Below the pieces are notes generated by a model, which made no database searches, had not been told where the DNA came from, and was given only the letters and a program-made list of their open reading frames with translations. A stretch of 64,000 nucleotides of DNA, taken from Anthoceros angustus (lineage: Eukaryota > Plantae > Anthocerotophyta). Below, in pieces: positions 11,559 to 24,869 of the stretch (positions within the stretch are counted from its first letter, which is position 1; each line of letters begins with the position of its first letter). The translations under genes and the position numbers were made by a program. Location of the stretch: positions 186,001-250,000 of the forward strand of contig VJWM01000226.1 of NCBI GenBank assembly GCA_010909165.1. The letters run 5' to 3'.

Positions 11559-14424
11559 ACCCCTGGCAAGCAACCAGGCCTCCAGATGCATCAGTGTAAG
11601 GAGCCCAGCACTTCCACTTCCGAGAAAATGTGTGGATGGGGACGGGGTCTCCAGCGATGGTCGTGGCCACGAACAGAATCAGGAGCACTTGTGGCAACAA
11701 TTTTTTTTCGACCCTACCATGTGGTGGGACAACAGACGAGAGAAGAAGAGCTCCCGTTCACCTGATTTCCGGCGTAAGGGGTCCGGTGAGGTTCTGTGGT
11801 TAAGCAGCATGTCTAAGCCTGCCTGGGTTGATGAGCAGCTCGTTTCCTTGGATACGCAGATGGGTCCTGGTGCCCCTCCTTCCAAGTCGAGCTCTTCAGC
11901 TAAGCCTGAACCTGGCAGGCGTGCAGGATCGCAAATGGGCGTCGTGACGGCTGGAACCGTGAGCATGTTATGTGAGCTGGGGAGACCTTCTGAGGCCGTC
12001 AGAGCCCTGGAATCCATGGCGCATACAGACTCTGCTATTTCTCCGTCTCTGTTTTACAGTGTGCTAAAAGTGTGTACAGCTAAGAAGGATTTGGTTGTGG
12101 GGTGACGAGTTCATGATCTCACTGTCAAACTTGGACACGAGTCGAATGCATGCTTGGGGAACCATATATTGCGCATGTATGCATGTCGAGGTAGGCTAGA
12201 TGATGCCATGGATGTGTTCACCAAGGTGGGGAAACCAAATGTCTTCATGTGGTTTTCCATAATCTCTGCACATACTAAGGACGGGAAACCTAAGAAGGCC
12301 ATACAACTGTACCATGAGATGCGTAGGTATAAAAGTGCACTGTGATGTGCTGCACAGTGGCATTCCTCCTGACTTGTTTGTTGGCAATAGCCTGGTGGAC
12401 ATGTATTCAAAAAAATGTGGCCACCTGAAAGATGCACGCCAGGTTTTTGACAGCATGGCCAAAAAGGATGTGGTGTCATGGAATGCCCTGATTGCTGGCT
12501 GTGCACAGCAAGGACTTGGCCAAGAGGCGCTTGATGTGTACGGACTAATGGAGGAGGAGGGCCTCATTTTGGCTGACCATGTTACTTTTTCTTGCCTTCT
12601 GAAGGCCTGTGGAAGCACCGGTGCCTTACAGAAGGGCATGCGCACTCACAGATTCTCCAAAAAAGACTGTTAGATAACGTAGTGGTGGGCAACTGCCTAG
12701 TGGACATGTATGCGAAATGTGGTGAACTGAAAGATGCACGCCAGGTTTTTGACAGGTTGGCCACAAAGGATGTGGTGACATGGACAGCTCTGATCGCTGG
12801 GTATGCACAGCAAGGACTCGGCCAGGAGGCGCTTGTTGTGTATGGACAAATGGAGCAGGAGGGCCTGCTTTGGGCTAACCTTGTTACGTTTGAAGGCCTG
12901 TGCAAGCGCTGGCGCATTACAGAAGGGCAGGCAGCTCCACTCACAGATTGTTGAAAGAGGACTGCTGGGGCATGAACTCAAAGGATGTGGTGACATGGAA
13001 TGCCTTGATTGCTGTGTATGCACAGCAAGGACTCGGCCAAGAGACCCTTGTTCTGCATGGACAAATGGAGGAGGCGGGCCTCATTTTGGCTGACCATGTT
13101 AGTTTTGCTTGCCTTCTGAAGGCCTGTGGAAGCACTGGTTCTTTACGAAAGGGCTTGCACCTGCACTCACAGATTGTCGAAAGAGGACTGCTGGATGACG
13201 TAATGGTGGGCAACTGCCTGGTAGACATGTATGCCAAATGTGGTGAACTGGAAGATGCACGCCATGTCTTTGACAGCATGAACACAAAAACAGTGGTGAC
13301 ATGGACAGCACTGATTGCTGGTTATGCACAGAAAGGACTCGGCCAAGAGGCGCTTGTTGTGTACGGACAAATGGAGGAGGCGGGTCTCATTTTGGCTGAC
13401 CATGTTACTTTTGCTTGCCTTCTGAAGGCCGGTGGAACCACTGGTGCCTTACAGAATGGCATGCAGCTGCACTCACAGATTGTCGAAAGAGGACTGCTGG
13501 ATGACGTAGTGTTGGGCAACTGCCTGGTAGACATGTATGCAAAATGTGGCAAACTGGAGGCTGCACGCGGGGCTTTTGACAGCTTAGCGACAAAGGATGT
13601 GGTGACATGGAATGCCCTGATATCTGGGTATGGTGCCTGTGATGAAGGTCACAAGGCACTAGCTTGTTTTGACGAGATGTTAGTTGCCGGTGTTCAGCCT
13701 AATGATGCTACTTTTACTTGCCTTCTAGTAGCATGCAGTCATGACTGATCTTCTTGGGCGTGCAGGCCACCTAGACGAGGCCAGGAACATGCTCTTATCA
13801 TGTAAGGGCCAGAGTGATGTTGTGGGATTGACTTCTTTGTTGAATGCCTGCAAAAGTCACGGGGATATGGAGAGGGCGTTGTGGTGTTTTGAAAGCATTG
13901 TTAGGTTGGACCCTCAAAGGGCGTCTGCGTATGTGCTCATGGCCAATGCCTACGCAGATGCAGGTAGGTGGACCGATGTGGACAGGATTGAAACACGGAG
14001 GAGGGCAGCATGAGCTAACAAGAAACCTGCAGTGGCGAGCATTGAGGTGAATAAGGAGGTACACCAATTTCTGGTGGGAGAAAGGAGAAAGGATATTGCG
14101 CTTCAGGTAGAGAGCACAAATGCACGTCTTAAGCAGGAAGGAGGCCACGTACCTCACACAAAGCTGGTGTTGAAGCCACTCTGTGAGACGGAACAGGAAG
14201 ATGCGCTTTGTGGGCATGCTGAGAAGCTAGCTCTTGCGTTTGGTCTCTTGACCACTCCGAGTTAGACACCTCTGGTGGTAACGAAAAATCTACGAATGTG
14301 CAGTGACTGCCACAGTTCCACGGAGATCATGTCAAGGCTTGAGCAGAGAGACATTGTTGTAAGGGCTGGGTACCGTGTGCATCGATTTGCAGCTGGTCGT
14401 TGCAGTTGTAAGGATCGACCGTGA
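11458..14424 (+). pseudogene. PPR gene B: PDF-PLS-E1-E2-DYW:KP pseudogene (CSCKDRP end)
   Basis: The PDF motif is intact at 11683-11853. Nonsense substitutions occur at 12103 (CGA>TGA), 14011 (GGA>TGA) and ~14261 (TAG), together with deletions. Confidence 0.88.
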
Positions 14425-14671
14425 GAAAAAAGGACCACCCAGCGCACTCAGAAAAAATTGCTTTTCCTTTTCCGGTGGAAATGCCGTTAATTCCTCGCAC
14501 TTCAAACATAACATAAACATGGTTATGTGGAATTAACATGGACACATAAACTAAGATACATAAACATAATTTGCTACACCTGCTCTCTTGTTTTGCAACA
14601 CTTGGCGCTTGACAGCTTGTTTTGAACAATGTTCACCTACCTTCTCCCTTGCTGGGCATACATTTCTTTAA

Positions 14672-15290
14672 CCTTGCTCCCTCATTGTGCAGTGTTGTGC
14701 CCTCATCAATGTGTCTAATGCTTGCTCCCGATGTGTCTAATGCTTGCTCCCTTGGCGTTCACTAGATATCAAATGAAATTCATCAAAAAAAACCAGATCG
14801 GTGTCGAATGAATATTCTCTAAACTTGCTCCCTCGGTGAGCAGTGTTGTACCCTCATCCATATGTCTAATGCCCTCTGCAATGCATCTAATACATGCTCC
14901 CTTGGCATTCACTGGATGTCAAATGAAATTCATCAATGCATCTAATACCTGCTCCCTTGGCATTCACTGGATGTCAAATGAAATTCATCAAAAAAACTAG
15001 ATCGGTGTCGAATGAATATTCTCTAAACTTGCTCCCTTGGTGAGCAGTGTCGTACCCTCATCGACATGTCTAATGCCCTCTGTGATACGTCTAATACCTG
15101 CTCCCTTAGCGTTCATTGGATGTCCAATGAAATTCATCAAAAAAAACTAGAGTGATGTCGATTGCAAGACACTGTATCCAATGAACAAGATGGATATCGA
15201 ATGAAATTCATGAAAAAAAAATAGATTGATGTTGAATGAAATTCAAGAAAAAAAAACTAGATTGATGTCGAATGAAATTCATTTGTGAAG
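14672..15290. repeat. Minisatellite-like array of ~150-bp units with AATGAAATTCA sub-repeats
   Basis: Three diverged units containing CTTGCTCCCT..GCAGTGT..CTAATGC..AATGAAATTCATCAAAAAAA, plus an internal ~51-bp duplication. Confidence 0.75.
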
Positions 15291-15680
15291 TAGGTGGCCT
15301 TTGAGTCTTGCTTCACACATGCATATGTGCTTTACATACCTTAACCCAATATTCTATCTCCTTTCTCCCTCGAGAAATCTATGTATTGCTTATTCACCTC
15401 AATGATGAACACTACATGTTTTTTTATTAGTTGTTGCTGCCCTTCTTTGTTTAAATATTGTTGCCTATTTTGTTTAACACGCCACATGAATGAAATAAGA
15501 TGACATTACATGTAAGTTGTAATCAACATTGCATGTACATATATAATATTTATATGATATCTAATATATAATAAGTATATAGATATCATGTGCAGTGCAT
15601 ATAAAAACGGTCCTTGGGATGGTAGATCACTAATACTACTCCAAATGGCTTAGGTCAAATGGACACACATTTATAAGAAC

Positions 15681-15880
15681 GTTGCTATTAAGCATCCTGC
15701 ACTTAGATCGGTACTTAGATGGGGTGCCTAAAGGGAATGGATGTCCTTGGTGCAAGTAACTTAGATACACCATGGTACAAGTTGCTATTAAGCATCTTGC
15801 ACTTAGATGGGTACTTAGATGGGGTGCCTAAAGGGAGTGGATGGCCTTGGTGCAAGTAACTTAGGTACACCATGGTACAA
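15681..15880. repeat. 100-bp tandem duplication
   Basis: 15681-15780 and 15781-15880 are near-identical (GTTGCTATTAAGCATC...CCATGGTACAA). Confidence 0.9.
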
Positions 15881-16099
15881 GTTGTTAAGTACCAAGCCCC
15901 CATTTCCGTTCTTAGTGGACTTAAATAAAATTCTTCTTCTTCTTCTACTCGCCGTTTTTCACAACGGACATAATGATGAAAATGGAATGAATCTCCCAGG
16001 TCTTAACATGAAGCATTTTCCCACATTTGTGAAGAATCAGAGCGAACTGTCGGTGATCGGGGTTGTCAGGAAATATAAATTGTTTCTCTTTTTCATCTG

Positions 16100-16615
16100 C
16101 TAATTGGAATTCTATAAATGGGATTCCTCTCTAAATGGGACTCATCCTACTCCCTTTAGTTTACAATGTAATAAATGGGACTTTTCCTAAATGGTAATTG
16201 GGACCTTTGAAACATACATTCATGTTAGTTTCACCTCCCTAAATGGGATTTTTAATTTTTTTACTAAAAAATTTAAAAAAAGAAAGAAAAAAGAATCCAT
16301 TATTTGAGAGCACAATAGACTTTTAGGTGTGATTGAAGACTCTTAAGCTAAGCTTTTTCCTTTATGATAGGTAGAGGTTTTTTTATGCTGCTTAGAGAGA
16401 GTGCTAGCTTTCAAACAATTGTATAAAGAACTGGTAAAAATTAATTTTAGTGAAACCTATCAATCAAAATTTCAATTTTCTTTTTTTTTGAGTATTTTTC
16501 AATTTTTTTAAAGTTTATAACATTTTTATTATTTTTAAATAGGAAAAATACAATCGGGACACTTCCCTTAATGGGACCTCTAAAGGCACTCCGAACCAGT
16601 CCCAATTAGGGGGGG
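16100..16615. mobile_element. MITE-like non-autonomous DNA element
   Basis: Left end CTAATTGGAA (CCCCCCTAAG in the copy at ~20133) and right end TCCCAATTAGGGGGGG form an inverted pair. AAATGGGA subterminal repeats are present, the interior is AT-rich and there is no ORF. Confidence 0.45.
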
Positions 16616-16746
16616 TGGACTGTATTGTAGGGAGCCACAGGAAAAACCGTGCGCACCCATCTTCAGGGTGGTGTGGGGCACATACACTTGGGCATCCTGC
16701 CATAGTTGTGTTGCAGTACGCATCTTCCTGCATCGGTCCCTGAACG

Positions 16747-17088
16747 ATGGCCTCGGCATGGCAACCGGACCCGTTGTTGTCGCAACAAATTGGTGTGCGT
16801 ACGGGAATTCTACGAGGAGCTCCCGCTCACCTCACTTTAGGGAACCAATTCCCGGCAAACAACCAAGCCTTCAAGTGCAGCAGTGCAAGGAGCCCAGCAC
16901 TTCCACCTCCGGGAAAATGTGTGGGTGCAAGCGGGGTGTCCAGCGATGGTCGTCGCCAGGAACAGGAGCAGGAGCACTTGTGGCAACAATTTTTTCTGGA
17001 CCCTACCATGTGGTCGGACAACAGACGAGATAAGAAGAGCTCCCGTTCGCCTGACTTCCGTCGTAAGGGGTCGGCAGTGCTGTGGTAA
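16747..17088 (+). pseudogene. Isolated 5' fragment of a PPR gene (leader plus PDF motif)
   Basis: MASAWQPDPL...EHLWQQFFLDPTMWSDNRRDKKSSRSPDFRRKGSAVLW*, followed by unrelated sequence. Confidence 0.8.
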
Positions 17089-17759
17089 GCCTCCATGGCA
17101 ATGCAGCGCAAACTCCGATTAAGCCGCATGAAGAACTACAGGTGCGATAGCACGCTTTCATTACTGCATGGGAACCATTTTGGGACATCCGTGTCAATTG
17201 AAATGATGCCGCCCATACTACTGACCATAGACTGCCTTACCCAGGACAGGAACAAAACTGGCTCAGGATTTGGCGACGACGGAGTTAACTTCTGACATGT
17301 GGGTGATGCTGTAGTCACACACGGCCCAGTCCTATGCCCTTCGTACATTACTCCTTAACTGATACCGCAAGGTGGTCGTACTGGTCAATCTGAAGTTATA
17401 TAGCCGGTTTAAGGTTCCATACATCATGACCAAGGAAATTGTCATTCCGTTTGGTCGCAGTGGGAAGCATCGGTTCAGCTCCACTGTAAAGAGTACGAAG
17501 CTAAAGCGGTTTTGCTCACAGTGGCAATTAGCTGTCCAGCGAGGGGAGGACTCAGCGTTGTTATCGAGTAGCGAGACGGTAAAATGCCTGACGAATGACA
17601 TGTAGAAACACGAGTAGTCACAGTGCCCCAAGTCTAGCTGGACATTCCCTAGCTGTTCTCGCAAGCACTAACATGTAACAAGTAGCCTGTGAAAGACTTC
17701 TGAATCTACTGTTATGCACTTAGGCCCAGGTTTTTGAAGGCATAAACACGAAGACTGCT

Positions 17760-18930
17760 GCAGCTACCTTAGGGAAAATCCTTCCCGTGTAATGCCTGTA
17801 GTGACATGGGACTCACCATCGCTATCTGATGCTGGGCATGCAGCAAGGACTCCAGGAGGCTTTGTTGTGTATGGACAAATGAGGAGGGCTGCTCCAACTT
17901 GTTTGTTGAAGGCCTGTGCGTTGTGAAGAGGGCAGGCAGCTATCACAGATTGTTGAAGGACTGCTGGGGCATGAACTCAAAGGATGGTGACATGGAATGC
18001 CTTGATTGCTGGTATACAGCAAGGACTGGCCAAGAGCCCTTGTTCTGTATGGACAAATGGAGGATCTCATTTTGGCTGACCATGTTATTTTGCTTGCCTT
18101 CTGAAGGCCTGGAAGCACTGGTTTACAAAGGGCTTGCACCTGCACTCACAGATTGTAAAGAACTGCTATGACAATGGTGGGCAACTGCCTGGTGACATGT
18201 ATGCAAAATGTGGTGAACTGAAGATGCGCCAGGTTTTTGACAGCATGAACACAAAGATGTGGTGACATGGAATGCCCTGATTGCTGGGTATGCCCAGCAA
18301 GACTCGGACATGAGGCGCTTGTTCTGTATGGACAAATGGAGCAGGAGGGCCTCATTTTGGCTGACCATGTTACTTTTGCTTGCCTTCTGAAGGCCTGGTG
18401 CCTTACAGAAGGGCAGGCAGCTGCACTCACTGATTGTGGAAGAGGACTGCTGGATGTAACGTGGTGTTGGCTGCCTGGTGGACATGTATGTGGCTCATGG
18501 CTGCCTACGCAGATGCAGGTAGGTGGACCGATGGACAGGATTGAAACACAGAGGGCAGCAGAGCTAACAAGAAACCTGCAGTGGCGAGCATTGAGGAATA
18601 AGGGTACACATCTGTGGGAGAAAGGAGAGAGGATATTGCGCTTCAGGTAGAGAGCACGAATGCACGTCTCAGGAAGGAGGCCATGTACCACACAAAGTTG
18701 AGAAGCCACTCTGTGAGAGGAAAAGGAAGATGCGCTTTGTGGCATGCTGAGAAGCTAGCTCTGCGTTTGGTCTCTGAACACTGAGTGACACCTCTGGTGG
18801 TACCAAGAATCTACGAATGTGCAGTGACTGCCACAGTTCCACGGAGATCGTCAAGGCTTGAGCAGAGAGACATTGTTGTAAGGGCTGGGTACCGTGCATC
18901 GATTGCAGCTCTGTGTTGGATCGACCGTGA
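17760..18930 (+). pseudogene. PPR copy C, heavily deleted 3' copy resembling gene B
   Basis: Fragmented PLS, E and DYW:KP nucleotide homology ending GGATCGACCGTGA. The downstream spacer is a deleted copy of 14425-17090. Confidence 0.8.
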
Positions 18931-21089
18931 GAAAAAGAAAGGCACTCAGTTGCTTTTCCTTTTCCGTGAAATGTGTTAATTATTCAAACATCATAAACAT
19001 GGTTATGTGGAATTGGACCATCCAAGATCATAAACATAATTTGCTACATGCTCTTGTTTTGCAAGGTGCTTGACAGGTTTTTGAACAATATTTTATTGGT
19101 CATTTCAAGTTCATTGTGAGAAGCTCATCAATGTGTGTCAAGCTTGCTATGTGTCTAATGCTTGCTTGGCGTTCACTGATATCTGTTCATCACCAGTGGT
19201 GTGATGTATTCCAAACTTGTGGTGAGCAGGTCTCATCCATGTCAATGTTGAATGCATTAATATGTTGGCATTCAGGATGTCATGATTCATCAGCATCTAA
19301 TGCTCCCTGGCATTCACTGATGTCATGAAATTCATCCTAGATGGTGTGAATGAATATTCTCATTGCTTGGTGAGCTGGTGGAAGATGTAGGCAAGAATCA
19401 GTCATTGGATGTCATGTCATATCCTGAGGATGCTTGCAGCATATCCAATGCAAGATGGATATCAATGAAATTCATGAAAAATAGATTGATGTTGTGTTCG
19501 CTAGATTGATGCGAATGAAATTCATTTGAATGGATGAGTCTTGCTTCACACATGCATAGTGCCATACCTTAACCCAATATTCATCTCCTTTCTGAGAACT
19601 GAGCTTATTCACAATGATGCACAAGAAGGCAAGGCCCTCGAAATAGTTGCCAGAATCAGCCAAGAATGAAATAAGATGACATTACATGTTGAATCAAAGC
19701 TGATTATATAATATTTATATGATATCTAATATTGTATTGATATCAGAATGCTTCACTTGGGATGGTAGATCTACTCCCTGGCTTGTTGCACACTTTATGA
19801 AGGGCAAGCATACAGATTGAGGGATCGCCCACAATGGATGTCCTTGCAAGTAACTTGATCCTGCTACAAGTTCATACATCTTGCATAGATGGGCTTAGAT
19901 TGCCTAAAAGTGGATGGCCTTGGTGCAAGTAACTTTACATATGAGTACAGATGTGCCAGAGCCCCATTTGGTTCTTAGTGGACTTAAAAATTCTTCTTCT
20001 TCTTCTACTGCTTTTTCTGGCGGACATAATGATGAAAATGGAATGAATCTCCAGCTTAACATGAAGCATTTTGCATTTTTGAGAGCAAACAACAGATGCT
20101 ATCTGCGCAACATCAACCATAAAGCTCCAAAGCCCCCCTAAGAATTCTATAAATGGATTCCTCTCAAATGGGACTGATCCACTCCCAGTTTACAATGTAA
20201 TAAATGGGACTTTCCCTAAATGGTAATTGGGACCTTGAAACATACATTCATGTTAGTTTCACCTCCAGGGAAATTTTTACTAAAAATTTAAAAAGAAAGA
20301 AAAAGAATCCATTATTTGAGAGCACAATAGACGGTGTGATTGAAGACTCTTAAGCTAAGCTTTTTCCTTTATGATAGAGAGGTTTTTGCCGCTTAGAGAG
20401 AGTGCTCAAACAATTGTATAAAGAACTGGTAAAATTAATTTTAGTGAAACCTATCAATCAAAATTTCAATTTTCTTTTTTTGAGTATTTTCAATAAAGTT
20501 TATCATTTTTATTATTTTTAAATAGGAAAAATACAATCAGGACTTCCTTAATGGGACCTCTAAAGGCACTGAACCAGTCCCAATTTGGACTGTATGTAAC
20601 CAAGGAGGAAAACCTGCGCACCCATCTTCATGGTGTCACATACCTGGGCATCCTGCCATAGTTGTCTTAGACGCATCTTCCTGCATCGGTCCTGAACGAT
20701 GGCCTGGCATGGCAACCGGACTTGTTGTCGCAACAAATTGGTGTGCGTACAATTCTGAGGAGCTCCGCTCACCTCATCTTAGGGAACCACCTGGCAAACA
20801 AAGCCTGGTGCAGCATGCAGAGCCCGGCCCACCTAAAAATGTGGGGCGGGTGTCCAGCGATGGTCGTCGCCAGGAACAGGAGCAGGAGCATTTGTGGCAA
20901 CAATTTTTCTGGACCCTACCATGTGGTGCCAGACGAGATAAGAAGAGCTCCTGCGCCTGACTTCGCGTAAGGGGTCCGGCGAGGTGCCTGGTTAAACAGC
21001 AGCCAGCTTGGGTTGATGAGCAGCTCGTTTCTTGGATATGCAGATGGCTCATGGCCTCTCCTTCCAAGTCGAGCTCCGGATAATCCTGA

Positions 21090-23299
21090 ATCTGGAAGGC
21101 AAAGAAATGCCCAGGCACAGCAGTGTAAGGAGCAGGAACTTCCACTTCCGAGAAAATGGGGTGGTTGACGGGTTTTCCACGATGGTCGCCAGAGCAGGAG
21201 CTTTGGCAACAATTTTTCTGGACCCTACCATGTGGTGGGATAACAGACTAAGAAGAGCCCTGTTCGCCTGACTTCCGGCAAGGGGTCCGGCGAGTGCTGT
21301 GGTTAAACAACATGTTTAAGCCGGCCTGGTTGATGACACAGCTCCTCTTGGATATGTGGTGGGTCATGGTGGATCTGCTTGAGTCCAGCCTCCGAATAAG
21401 CCAACCTGGCAGTCGTGGTGGATCGGAGATGGGCGTCGTAACGGCTGGAACCGTGAGCACATTATGTCAGCAGGGGAAGCTTTCTGAGGCCGTTGGAGCC
21501 CTGGAATCCCTGGCGCAGACAGACTCTGCCATTTCTCAGTCTCTGTTTTACACTGTGCTGAAACTGTGTATAGCGAAGAAGGATCTGGTTGTGGGGCGAC
21601 GAGTCCATGACCTCACTGTCAAACTCGGGTACGAGTCGGATACATACTTGGGGGACCAGATCTTGCGCATGTATGCATATCGAGGTAGTCTGCCGGAGGC
21701 CATGGATGTATGTGTTCACCAGGGTGGGGAAACCAAATGCCTTCTCGTGGTTTTCCATTATCTCTGCATATGCACGGGAAACCTAAGGAGGCCATACAAC
21801 TGTACCATAAGATGCGATCGTCAGGAGTGAAACCGGATGCTCACGTCTTTGTAGCTGCCCTTCAAGCTTGTGCATTCGCGGGCGACTTGGAATCTGGCAG
21901 AAAAGTGCACTGTGATGCATCGTGAAGTGGCATTCCTCCTGACTTGTTTGTTGGGAACAGCCTGGTGGACATGTATGCAAAATGTGGCGAACTAAAAGAT
22001 GCACGCCAGGTTTTCGACGGCATGGCCACAAAGGATGTGGTGACATGGACGTCACTGATAGCTGGCTATTCAAAATGTGGTGAACTGAACGATGCACGCC
22101 AGGTTTTTGACAGCGTGAACACAGAAGATGTGGTGACATGGAATGCCCTGATAGCTGGGTATGCCCAGCAAGGGCTTGGACATGAGGCGCTTGTTCTGTA
22201 TGGGCAAATGGAGCAGGATGGCATCATTCTTGCTGACGATGTTACTTTTGCTTGCCTTCTGAAGGCCTGGTGCCTTACAGAAGGGCAGGCAGCTGCACTC
22301 ACTGATAGTGGAAAGAGGACTGCTGTATAATCTAGTGTTAGGCAACTGCCTGGTGGACATGTATGTGGTGAACTGGGAGATGCACGCCAGGTTTTTGACA
22401 GCATGAAGGCAAAGGATGTGGTGACATGGACTGCCTTGATATATGGGTATGGTATTTCTGATGAAGGTCAGAAGGCACTAGATTGTTTTGAGGAGATGTT
22501 AGCTGCCGGTATTCAGCCCAATGACACAACTTTTACATGCCTTTTGGTAGCATGCAGTCATGAGGGACTGGTCCAGGAGGGTCGCAAGCACTTTGATTCC
22601 ATGGCTGAACGGCATGGCATCAAACCTACTATTGAGCATTACACCTGCATGATTGATCTTCTTGGGCGTGCAGGCCATCTAGATGAGGCTAAGAACATGC
22701 TCTTATCATGTGAGGGCCAAAGTGATGTCGTGGGACTGACGTCTTTATTAAATGCCTGCAAAAATCACGGGGATATTGAGAGGGCGATGTGGTGTTTTGA
22801 AAAGATTGTTAGGCTGGATCCCCAGGACGCCTTTGCGTATGCGCTCATGGCCAATGCCTGTGCAGATGCAGGTAGGTGGACTGATGTAGACAGGATTGAA
22901 ACACAGAGAAGGGTAGCAGGAGCTAACAAGAAACCTGCAGTGGCGACCGTTGAGGTGAATAAGCAGGTGCATAGATTTGTGGTGGGAGAAAGGAGAGAGG
23001 ATATTGCGCCCAAGCTAGAGAGCACGAATGCACGTCTGAAGCAGGAAGGAGGCTACGTACCACACACAAATTTGGTGTTGAAGCCAGTGTGAGAAGGAAA
23101 AGGAAGATTTGCTTTGTGGGCATGCTGAGAAGCTAGCTCTGGCGTTTGGTCTCTTTAACACTCCGAGTGGGACACTGGTAACGAAGAATTTACGCATGTG
23201 CAGTGACTGCCACAGTTCCACGGAAATCATGTCAAGGCTTGAAAGAGAGACATTGTTGTAAGGGATGTACTGTGCATCGATTCGCAGCTGGTTGCTTGC
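21090..23299 (+). pseudogene. PPR copy D: PDF-PLS-E-DYW:KP, frameshifted, DYW tail replaced
   Basis: ORFs 21294-21830, 21944-22330 and 22403-23092 (P2L2S2, E1, E2, KKPAVATVEV). The HAEKLA and CSDCH codons follow out of frame. The terminal CSCKGRP is missing. Confidence 0.85.
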
Positions 23300-24869
23300 A
23301 GCATATCCAATGCAAGATGGATATCAATGAAATTCATGAAAAATAGATTGATGTTGTGTTCGCTAGATTGATGCGAATGAAATTCATTTGAATGGATGAG
23401 TCTTGCTTCACACATGCATAGTGCCATACCTTAACCCAATATTCATCTCCTTTCTGAGAACTGAGCTTATTCACAATGATGCACAAGAAGGCAAGGCCCT
23501 CGAAATAGTTGCCAGAATCAGCCAAGAATGAAATAAGATGACATTACATGTTGAATCAAAGCTGATTATATAATATTTATATGATATCTAATATTGTATT
23601 GATATCAGAATGCTTCACTTGGGATGGTAGATCTACTCCCTGGCTTGTTGCACACTTTATGAAGGGCAAGCATACAGATTGAGGGATCGCCCACAATGGA
23701 TGTCCTTGCAAGTAACTTGATCCTGCTACAAGTTCATACATCTTGCATAGATGGGCTTAGATTGCCTAAAAGTGGATGGCCTTGCAGTAACTGTGACACC
23801 TGCAGGGACCAGATTGCCAGTGGACCAAAATCTTCTTCTTCAGTGCCACAATAATGCAAATGGAATGAATCTCCAGCTTAACATGAAGCATTTTGCATTT
23901 TTGAGAGCAAACAACAGATGCTATCTGCGCAACATCAACCATAAAGCTCCAAAGCCCCCCTAAGAATTCTATAAATGGATTCCTCTCAAATGGGACTGAT
24001 CCACTCCCAGTTTACAATGTAATAAATGGGACTTTCCCTAAATGGTAATTGGGACCTTGAAACATACATTCATGTTAGTTTCACCTCCAGGGAAATTTTT
24101 ACTAAAAATTTGAGGAATCCATTATTTGAGAGCACAATAGACGGTGTGATTGAAGACAAGCAAGCCATGATGTAGAGGATGCTGAGAGAGTGCTAGCTTT
24201 CAAACAATGTATAAAGAACTGGTTTAATTTTAGTGCCTATCAATCAAAATTTCAACTGAGACAAAAAGTTTATAAGAATTATTTTTAAATAGTATGAATC
24301 ACACTCCTTCCACCTCAAAGGCACTGCCAGTCCCAATTTGGACTGTATGTAACCAAGGAGGAAAACCTGCGCACCCATCTTCATGGTGTCACATACCTGG
24401 GCATCCTGCCATAGTTGTCTTAGACGCATCTTCCTGCATCGGTCCTGAACGATGGCCTGGCATGGCAACCGGACTTGTTGTCGCAACAAATTGGTGTGCG
24501 TACAATTCTGAGGAGCTCCGCTCACCTCATCTTAGGGAACCACCTGGCAAACAAAGCCTGGTGCAGCATGCAGAGCCCGGCCCACCTAAAAATGTGGGGC
24601 GGGTGTCCAGCGATGGTCGTCGCCAGGAACAGGAGCAGGAGCATTTGTGGCAACAATTTTTTCTGGACCCTACCATGTGGTGCCAGACGAGATAAGAAGA
24701 GCTCCTGCGCCTGACTTCGCGTAAGGGTCCGGCGAGGTGCCTGGTTAAACAGCAGCCAGCTTGGGTTGATGAGCAGCTCGTTTCTTGGATATGCAGATGG
24801 CTCATGGCCTCTCCTTCCAAGTCGAGCTCCGGATAATCCTGAATCTGGAAGGCAAAGAAATGCCCAGGC

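Noticed and set aside
12103-12105. CGA>TGA stop repaired by U-to-C editing of the gene's own mRNA
   Set aside because: DYW:KP editing is known for organellar transcripts. Gene B also has stops (GGA>TGA) and deletions that editing could not fix.
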